This document shows positions 56,715 to 64,000 of a stretch of 64,000 nt of DNA, in pieces. The DNA lies in the NCBI GenBank assembly GCA_963833225.1, contig CAWHXD010000017.1:288001-352000 (forward strand), given 5' to 3'. The notes under the pieces are model-generated. The model had not been told where the DNA came from and searched no databases. It saw only the letters and a program-made list of their open reading frames with translations. The DNA is from an uncultured Chloroflexia bacterium (GTDB taxonomy: Bacteria > Chloroflexota > Limnocylindria > Limnocylindrales > CSP1-4). Both the position numbers and the translations under genes were made by a program. Each line of letters opens with the position of its first letter. Position 1 is the stretch's first letter.

Positions 56715-57770
56715 TCAGCCGGTGGCCAGGCCCGGCACGACTCGGCCCTCCGCATCGAGGGTGGCGCGGCGGCGCAGGTTGCGCAGCTCGGCGCCCGGCA
56801 CCTGGTCCCGTGCGTGGTAGCTGGACCGGACCAGCGGGCCCGACTCCACGTGGCGGAAGCCCATCGCGAGGGCCTCGGTCTTCATCTCCGCGAACTCGTC
56901 GGGGTGGTAGTAGCGTTCGAGGGGAAGGTGCTCCGTCGTGGGCCGCAGGTACTGGCCGATGGTCAGGATGTCGACGTCGACCGCGCGCAGGGCCTCGAAC
57001 GCCTCGGTCATCTCCCCGCGCGTCTCGCCGAGGCCGACCATCAGGCTGCTCTTGGTGTGCGCCGCGTTGCCGTACTCGGCCGCATACGCCTTCGCCCGCT
57101 CGAGAACGGAGAGCGTGCGATCCCAGCGGGCCCGCTTGCGGACGGGCTGCTGGAGGCGCTTCACGGTCTCGAGGTTGTGGTTGAGGATGTCCGGCCCGGC
57201 GTCCATGACCGTCCGGAGCGGAGCTTCCTCGCCATTGAAGTCCGGGATCAGGACCTCGACGCCCATCAGCGGGCTGCGCTCGCGGATCTCGCGGATCGTG
57301 GCCGCGAACGCGCCGGCACCACCGTCGGGCAGGTCATCACGGGCGACGCTCGTCACCACGACGTGGTCCAGGCGCATGGCGGCGACGGCCTCGGCCACCC
57401 GGCGCGGCTCGTCGTCGTCGAACCAGGTCGGCCGGCCGGTCTTGATGGCACAGAAGCCGCAGGCGCGGGTACAGACGTCACCGAGGATCATGACCGTCGC
57501 GGTGCGCTGGTCCCAGCACTCGCCGACGTTGGGGCAGACGGCCTCCTCGCAGACCGTGTTGAGGTTGAGGCCGCGCAGGAGCCCCTTGAGGTCGTGGTAG
57601 TTGTCGCCCGACGGCATCCGCGACTTGATCCAGTCGGGGTGGCGGCGTGGCGGCCGGGTGCCGTCCGCCGCCGGCGTGAACGGTCCGCCGCCCATCGCGA
57701 TGGAGATCGCCGAGGCAGGCGCATGCGCGTGCGCGGGGCTGGGCTCGAAGACGGGGAGCTCGCGTGCCAT
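56715..57770 (-). CDS. lipA: Lipoyl synthase
   Basis: CEEAVCPNVGEC, CTRACGFC, VRSSY. Confidence 0.97.
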   Translation of the reverse strand: MARELPVFEPSPAHAHAPASAISIAMGGGPFTPAADGTRPPRRHPDWIKSRMPSGDNYHDLKGLLRGLNLNTVCEEAVCPNVGECWDQRTATVMILGDVCTRACGFCAIKTGRPTWFDDDEPRRVAEAVAAMRLDHVVVTSVARDDLPDGGAGAFAATIREIRERSPLMGVEVLIPDFNGEEAPLRTVMDAGPDILNHNLETVKRLQQPVRKRARWDRTLSVLERAKAYAAEYGNAAHTKSSLMVGLGETRGEMTEAFEALRAVDVDILTIGQYLRPTTEHLPLERYYHPDEFAEMKTEALAMGFRHVESGPLVRSSYHARDQVPGAELRNLRRRATLDAEGRVVPGLATG

Positions 57771-57817
57771 GAAGCGAGTGTACGACGGGTCGGTGGGGTA
57801 GGTGGCGGGAGCGGGGG

Positions 57818-59293
57818 CTAGTAGACGGAGGTCTCCGGGCCGACGGCCTCGAGCCAGTCTTTGATGTCCCGGAGGAGAGCCGCCCCACCCGCGCCGTCGT
57901 TGGCGCGGTGGTCGATGCCGAGGACCATGTTCATGATCGGGCGGATCGCGATGACGTCGCCGTCCTCGCCGCTGACCACGACCGGCCGCTTGGTGATCGC
58001 CTCCATGGTGACGATGCCGACCTCGGGCACATTGAGGATGGGCATCACCAGGTTCGTGCCCAGGTAGCCCGTGTTGTCGACCGTGAACGTGCCCCCGCCG
58101 AAGTCGTCCAGGCGGAGCTTGCCTGCCCGTGTCCGGTTTGCCACGTCCGTGATCGCCATGTTGAGGCCGTGGACGCTGAGCGTGTCCGCGTCCCGGATGA
58201 CCGGGACGATGAGCCCCTCATCCATGGCGACCGCGACGCCGATGTTGATCCGGCGCTTCGCGACGAGCCCCTGCTCGGTCCAGTTGGCGTTGAACGTCGG
58301 GCTGCGCTTGAGGGCCTCGGCCGCGGCCTTGACGACGAACGGGACATAGCTCAGCCCGATCCCCTCCTTCGCCTGGTAGGCCTTCTTCATCCCCTCGCGC
58401 AGGCGGACGAGCCGGCTCGCATCGATCTCCATCTGGATGTACGCGTGGGGAGCCTGGAGCGCACGGGTCATCTGGTTCGCGATGCCCTTGCGCATCTGGG
58501 TCATCGGGACGAGGACCTCGTCCGCGCCGGCCGGGAACTCGATCGCGTGGCCGGCGGCCAGCTTGGTCGTGGCGGCGGATCCAGCGCTGCCGGCGGGTGC
58601 CGGCGCCCCGGCCGATGCGGGCGCCCCGCCGGTCGCGGTAGCGGCCGGGGCCGCCGCGGGGGACGGCGCCGCGGGGGATGGCGCTGCGGGGGCAGCCGGG
58701 CCTGCACCCGTCCGGACGGCCTCCACGAAGGCGATCACGTCTTCGCGGGTGATCCGGCCGCCGCCGCCGGTGCCCGAGATCTGGGCAGGCTGCAGATCGT
58801 GCTCCCGCAGGAGCCGGCGGACCGCGGGGGTCATCCGCGCGTTGGGGTCATGGACGGCGGGGGCGGAGGCGGCGGGGGGCTCTGGGGCGAGCGCGGCGTC
58901 GGGGGCGGACGGGGCGGGCCCGGCGGTGGCGGCTGCGCCGGCGACGGGAGCCTGCTCGGGTTCGGACCCGGTGTCGGAGGCGGAGGCGGAGGCGGAGGCA
59001 GGCACGGTGGCGACGTCAGGGGCGGTGGACGCCGCGGCCGACGCGCCGGCTCCCTCTTCCTCGGTCTCGATGACGGCGATCTCGGCGTTGTTGGGGACGG
59101 TGTCGCCTTCCTGGGCCAGGATCTCGGTGAGGACCCCCGCGTACGGTGATGGCACCTCGGCGTTCACCTTGTCGGTGATGACCTCGAGGAGGGGTTCGTA
59201 CTTCGCGACCGTGTCACCGGGCTGCTTGAGCCAGCGTCCGATCGTCCCCTCCGCGACACTCTCGCCGAGCTGGGGCATCGTCACCTTGGCCAA
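57818..59293 (-). CDS. 2-oxoacid dehydrogenase E2 (dihydrolipoamide acyltransferase)
   Basis: MPQLGESV...TDKV lipoyl domain, TPAVRRL..GTGGGGRIT binding domain, DHRANDG. Confidence 0.95.
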   Translation of the reverse strand: MAKVTMPQLGESVAEGTIGRWLKQPGDTVAKYEPLLEVITDKVNAEVPSPYAGVLTEILAQEGDTVPNNAEIAVIETEEEGAGASAAASTAPDVATVPASASASASDTGSEPEQAPVAGAAATAGPAPSAPDAALAPEPPAASAPAVHDPNARMTPAVRRLLREHDLQPAQISGTGGGGRITREDVIAFVEAVRTGAGPAAPAAPSPAAPSPAAAPAATATGGAPASAGAPAPAGSAGSAATTKLAAGHAIEFPAGADEVLVPMTQMRKGIANQMTRALQAPHAYIQMEIDASRLVRLREGMKKAYQAKEGIGLSYVPFVVKAAAEALKRSPTFNANWTEQGLVAKRRINIGVAVAMDEGLIVPVIRDADTLSVHGLNMAITDVANRTRAGKLRLDDFGGGTFTVDNTGYLGTNLVMPILNVPEVGIVTMEAITKRPVVVSGEDGDVIAIRPIMNMVLGIDHRANDGAGGAALLRDIKDWLEAVGPETSVY

Positions 59294-60660
59294 TGGTCTG
59301 CTCCTCCGATGCGGGCGGTTCGCGAGGGACGCGACGAATTGTGGGGGCTAGTGTCGCGCATCCCGCGCGTCCATGCCCAACCTGGGCCCCGGATCGGCTG
59401 ACGTGGACGGCGCGGTCCCACTGCCGCGGATGCCACGTCGTCGCGAAGCCAGATTCCGATCGCTGCCGGCCGCATCGAATCACCTGCCGTCGCCCGGATG
59501 TCCCGGACCACGGCCTCGAGGTCGACGGCACCCCGCTGGCGCGCGTTGAACGCCGCGACGATCAGCGACGCATCGACCCGGGCGCGGTCGAACCGGCGGT
59601 CCACCGCGCGCTGAAGCAAGCGTCGGAGCGGCTGAGCCGCCGCCGCCGCGACGAGGGTGGATCCGGCCACCGCAAGGGTCTCGCTGGAGGTGACGTTCGC
59701 GAGCGCCCACTGAAGTGCGAGGTTGCCGAGGACGAACGTTGCCACCAGCAGGAAGCTGAGCAACATGTATGCGATCGAGCGGCTGATCAGGCGGTCGATG
59801 TCGTACAGGCGATAGCGCAGGATGGCCAGCGTGACCGCGGCCGGGACCAGGGCCAGGGTGACCGGTCCCAGCAGGCTCAGCACATCGGACGAGATGTCGA
59901 CGAACGTGGGCAGGGTGGTCACCGCAAACAGCACGATCGCGGCAAGCATCCACTTGAGCTGCTGACGCTCATCCCCACGACCACGGCGGAAGCGAACCGC
60001 GATCGAGGCAACGCCCATGGACAGACCGACCAGCATCGCCACGAAACCGCCGGCTACCCCAAGCGCGCCGACCCACTCGGGCACCCCCGGAATCGCCAGC
60101 GGGTTGGGTGGCGTGCCAGGGTCGATCCGGTCGCTGCCGAAGATGGTCGCGAGCGTGGACGCGGCGAGCACCCCCACGAGTGCCAACGTCGGAACCCTCC
60201 AGCGAGGTCCGGGCAGCCGGCCGTCCGGGAACAACAGGGGCACGAATGCCAACATGACCACGACGAACAGGACGACCATCGCGGCACCCATCGCTCCCGC
60301 GGCGCCGGCGACCGCCGGCATCGCGTCGGCCCCCAGCCCGACCACGCCGAAGCCGAGAAAGACGCCAACGCCGAGAGGCGCGGCGGCCAGGAACAGCCAG
60401 CCGATTCGGTTCCCCGGTCGAAGCCGCACGAGCAGCCACCCGAGCGAGGCCAGCCATGCGAGAACGGGCATGAGCTCGACGACCGACAGCTCGGTGCTGT
60501 GGTCACCGGGAGCGAGCGCCGCCGGGAGCCAGACCCAGAGCAGGATGATTGAGCCGGCGACGGACAGGAGCCACACCGCGCTCGCGGCCAACCGCTCCCC
60601 GCCCGACGCACGCACGTCGGTCTGGGCACGGGCGGCACGCTGATTCAGAGGTGTGACCAC
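59281..60660 (-). CDS. Multi-pass membrane protein resembling a sensor input region, with no output domain
   Basis: About 10 TM helices; PGNRIGWL, FPDGRLP..RWR, ERQQLKW, AILRYRLYDID, VDRRFDR motifs. Confidence 0.75.
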   Translation of the reverse strand: MVTPLNQRAARAQTDVRASGGERLAASAVWLLSVAGSIILLWVWLPAALAPGDHSTELSVVELMPVLAWLASLGWLLVRLRPGNRIGWLFLAAAPLGVGVFLGFGVVGLGADAMPAVAGAAGAMGAAMVVLFVVVMLAFVPLLFPDGRLPGPRWRVPTLALVGVLAASTLATIFGSDRIDPGTPPNPLAIPGVPEWVGALGVAGGFVAMLVGLSMGVASIAVRFRRGRGDERQQLKWMLAAIVLFAVTTLPTFVDISSDVLSLLGPVTLALVPAAVTLAILRYRLYDIDRLISRSIAYMLLSFLLVATFVLGNLALQWALANVTSSETLAVAGSTLVAAAAAQPLRRLLQRAVDRRFDRARVDASLIVAAFNARQRGAVDLEAVVRDIRATAGDSMRPAAIGIWLRDDVASAAVGPRRPRQPIRGPGWAWTRGMRDTSPHNSSRPSRTARIGGADHWPR

Positions 60661-60717
60661 GACCCGATCGTCGCGGGGGACCGTTCCGGGAGCGTTACGG
60701 GGGCGCTCCCGACGCCA

Positions 60718-61701
60718 TCAATACGCGGCGAGCTTGCGGATCGCGTCGGCGATGCGGGCCGGGTTGAGCAGGAACCACTCCTCGAGGACGTGGTTGTAGG
60801 GCATCGCCGGCACGTCCGGGCCCGCGACCCGCGACACCGGCCCGTCGAGGTAGTCGAACGCCTCCTCGGCGACGATGGCGGCGATCTCCGCGCCATACCC
60901 GCCGAACTTGTTGTCCTCGTAGGCGATGAGGCACTTGCCGGTCTTGCGCACCGACCCGAGGAGCATGTCGCGATCGAGCGGCCGCAACGTCCGCAGGTCG
61001 ACCACCTCTACCTCGATCCCCTCTCCGGCCACCCGCTCCGCGGCCTCAAGGCTGTAGGCCACCATCAGGCCGTAGGCAACGAGCGTCACGTGCCGTCCGG
61101 GCCGCCGGATCGCCGCCCGCCCGAGGGGCACGGTCCAGTCCCCCGCCGGCACGTCGCCGCGCACGGACCGGTACATCTTCTTGTGCTCGAAGAACAGGAC
61201 CGGGTCCTCGTCCCGGACCGCCGACTTGAGCAGGCCCTTGGCGTCGTACGGGGTCGACGGGATCACGACCTTGAGCCCGGGGACGTGGGTGAAGAACGCC
61301 TCGACCGACTGGCTGTGGTACAGCGCGCCGTGGACGCCGCCGCCGTAGGGGGCGCGGACCACCATCGGGAGGCCGATCCCGCCGTTGGTGCGATAGCGCA
61401 TCCGCGCGGCTTCCGACACGAGCTGGTTGAACGCCGGGTGGATGAAGTCCGCGAACTGGATCTCGGCGATGGGGCGCAGGCCGTTGATCGCGGCCCCGAT
61501 CGAGGCCCCGATGATCATCGATTCGGTGAGCGGGGTGTCGATGACGCGCGCGTCACCGAACTCGGTCCACAGCCCGTCGGTGGCGAGGAACACGCCGCCC
61601 TTGCGCCCGACATCCTCGCCCAGGACGATCACGCTGCTGTCGCGCTGCATCTCCTCCACGAGACCTTCGCGGATCGCCTCGATCATCGTCCGGATGGCCA
61701 T
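60718..61701 (-). CDS. 2-oxoacid dehydrogenase E1 beta subunit
   Basis: GEDVG..GGVF, DTPLTE, EIQFADF, HSQS, DLRTL.PLD. Confidence 0.95.
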   Translation of the reverse strand: MAIRTMIEAIREGLVEEMQRDSSVIVLGEDVGRKGGVFLATDGLWTEFGDARVIDTPLTESMIIGASIGAAINGLRPIAEIQFADFIHPAFNQLVSEAARMRYRTNGGIGLPMVVRAPYGGGVHGALYHSQSVEAFFTHVPGLKVVIPSTPYDAKGLLKSAVRDEDPVLFFEHKKMYRSVRGDVPAGDWTVPLGRAAIRRPGRHVTLVAYGLMVAYSLEAAERVAGEGIEVEVVDLRTLRPLDRDMLLGSVRKTGKCLIAYEDNKFGGYGAEIAAIVAEEAFDYLDGPVSRVAGPDVPAMPYNHVLEEWFLLNPARIADAIRKLAAY

Positions 61702-62775
61702 CAGCCGTGCCTCCCGGTCAGCCCGGGGCCGGACGGGTGCCAGGGCGGCGGCGGCTCGTTGGCCGCCGGATCCGCGTACACGCCGTCGAGCGCCGTGAAC
61801 GGGTCGGCATCCGGCTCGGCCTCCGCGTGATCGGTGGCGTCCTCCACCAGCGCGGCGATCTCCGTGGCCAGGGCGCGCCTCGAGGTCCTCGGTCAGCACG
61901 CCGGCATCGCGCAGCTGGGCCCGGAAGATCGGCAGCGGATCGTGGGCGCGGCCCTCCGCCAGGTCAGACTCGGAGCGGTACTTCGTCTGCTGGTCGTCGG
62001 AGCTGTGCGCCGTGAGCCGGGTGACCACCGCCTCGACCAGCGTCGGCCCGCCTCCGGACCGCGCCCGGTCCACGGCCTCGCGCCCGACCCGATAGCACGC
62101 GAGGACGTCCGTCCCGTCGACGACCACGCCCGGGATCCCGTAGCCCGCCGCACGGGCGGCCACGCTGCCGCCGCCGACCTCTCGGTCCAGGGGCACGCTG
62201 ATCGCGTAGCCGTTGTTCTCGACCACGAACACGAACGGGAGCTGGTGGATCGAGGCGAAGTTGAGCGCCTCGTGGACGTCACCCTGGTTGGAGCTGCCCT
62301 CGCCCATCATCGCGACCGCGACCTGGCCGGTGCCGCGGATCTTCGCGGCCAGCGCGATGCCCGTCGCGTGCAGGATCTGGGTGGCCACCGGCGACGAGAC
62401 CGACACGATGTGGTGGGCCGGAGCGCCGTAGTGACCGGGCATCTGGCGCCCGCCCGAGCCCGGGTCGGAGGCCTTGGCGTACTGGGCGAGCATCACGTCG
62501 CGTGGCGTCATCCCGAACGCGAGGCAGGTGGCGATGGAGCGATAGAACGGGGCGACCCAGTCGTGACCCCGGCGCAGGGGCCAGGCAAGGCCGACCTGCG
62601 CGCCCTCGTGGCCCTGGCCGCTGATCACGAACGACAGGCGCCCGGCCCGGTTGAGCACCCACATCCGCTCGTCGATGGCCCGCGCGAGGGCCACGGTCCG
62701 GTACATGGCGAAGAGGTCCGCGTCGGACAGGCCGACCGATGCGGCGAGATCGCTGGCCCCGTGGGTGTCCGTCAT
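61701..62775 (-). CDS. 2-oxoacid (branched-chain-type) dehydrogenase E1 alpha subunit, +1 frameshift at ~61872
   Basis: ISGQGHE, GRQMPGH, GEGSSNQGD...ENN TPP motif, HSSDD..YR; corrected C-terminus ends in a TGATG overlap with E1 beta. Confidence 0.92.
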
Positions 62776-62822
62776 TCCATCCCTCCCGTGGACGGGCGGA
62801 TCGGCATGGATATGGATGGCCC

Positions 62823-64000
62823 CTAGAAGTTGATGGCCCGGCCGTCGACCGCCATCGCGGTCTCGCCCAGGATCTCCGAGAACGTGGGGTGGGCGTGGGT
62901 CGTCGCCCCGATCTCCCAGGGCGTCGCCTCCAGGGTCATGGCCAGCGACGCTTCTGCGATCAGGTCGGTGGCGTGCGGCCCGATGATGTGGATGCCCGAG
63001 CGTCTCGTCGGTGTCGCGGTTGGCGATGATCTTGGTGAAGCCCTCGTACTCGCCCCCGATGATCGCCTTGCCGATCGCCTGGAACGGGACCTTGGCCACC
63101 TTGACCGGGAGGTCCTGCGCCTCGCACTGCGCCTGGGTCAGCCCCACCGAGGCGATCTCCGGGCGGCAGTAGGTGGCGCGGGGCTGCTTCACATAGTCCA
63201 TCTCGTGGACATCCGGGTCGCCGACGATCGTGTGGACCGCGATGATCCCCTCGTGGGCCGCCGTGTGCGCGAGCTGGAGCCCGCCGACGATGTCCCCGAT
63301 CGCGTACAGGTGCGGCTCCTTCGTCCGCAGGTGGCCGTCCACCTTGACGAGGCCGCGATCGAGCTCCGCGCCCGTGGTCTCGAGGCCGACGTCCTCCGTG
63401 TTCACGGCACGGCCGGCCGCGACCAGGAGCATCTCTGCCGCGAGCTCCTTCGCCTCGCCGCCCTCGGGGCCAACCGTCAGCCGCACCCCGCCGTCGTCGG
63501 CGATGACGCTGGTCGCGTCGAAGCGGGCATTGGTGATGACCGTGATCCCGCGGCGATTGAAGCTGCGCTCGAGCTCCTTGCTGACCTCGGCGTCCTCGAG
63601 CGGGACGATGGCCGGCAGGTACTCCAGCAGGGTGACCTTCGCGCCGAGGTCGTGGTACATCGACGCAAACTCCACGCCGACCGCCCCGGCCCCGACCACG
63701 ATGATGCTGGCCGGCATCGAGTCGCTCCGGAGCACGTCATCGGAGGTCACGATCCGCTTGCCGTCGGGGACGATCCCCGGCAGCGACTTGACCCGCGAGC
63801 CCGTCGCCAGCACGACATCCGTGCCGCTGAGCACGCGCTCGCCACCCGCGCCCGGGGTGCCGTCCTCGCCGGCCAGCTGCACGCGGACCTTCGTCGGCCC
63901 GTCCAGCCGGCCGCGCCCGGCGATCCAGGTCACGTCGTTCTTCTTGACCAGGCTCTGGAGGCCCTTCCACATCCGGGTCACGACCTGCTCGCGCCGCTTG
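62823..64000 (-). CDS. lpdA: Dihydrolipoamide dehydrogenase (5' end outside window), +1 frameshift at ~62996
   Basis: ATGS, GAGAVGVE, AIGD, LAH; corrected C-terminus GIHIIG...HAHPTFSE...GRAINF*. Confidence 0.93.

Noticed and set aside
60718-63981. 1087-aa E3-E1alpha-E1beta triple-fusion ORF
   Set aside because: It is created by two +1 insertions (~62996, ~61872). The correct C-termini, stops and starts of three separate genes are visible in other frames, and the linkers are out-of-frame sequence.

Overview
Very GC-rich bacterial DNA (about 70% by eye), densely coding and mostly core-genome-like. Sortase, PspA/TPM, the Hox hydrogenase and many leaderless genes suggest a monoderm, probably a Chloroflexota lineage (inference). 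Contents: trxA/ArsR, methylmalonyl-CoA-mutase-like and stand-alone B12-binding genes, an internally deleted IS481-family element, an ECF sigma/Ogt-Ada pair, a hoxEFUYH-hoxW-hypA bidirectional [NiFe]-hydrogenase operon, tRNA-Arg(TCT), tRNA-Glu(CTC), an orphan DNA methyltransferase, TPM-PspA, an 8-gene MoxR/DUF58/vWA/ABC operon, a sortase and a 2-oxoacid dehydrogenase/lipA cluster. Several genes carry single-base insertions that look like read errors. The most interesting unexplained signal is a ~220-nt non-coding region (6935-7157) with the topology of a circularly permuted tRNA-like/tmRNA-like RNA whose alanylation determinants are altered. Other candidates are a structured hox leader, a symmetric DnaA-box cluster with no dnaA nearby, and an ECF-coupled alkylation sensor. 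All RNA folds were read by eye and need computational confirmation.
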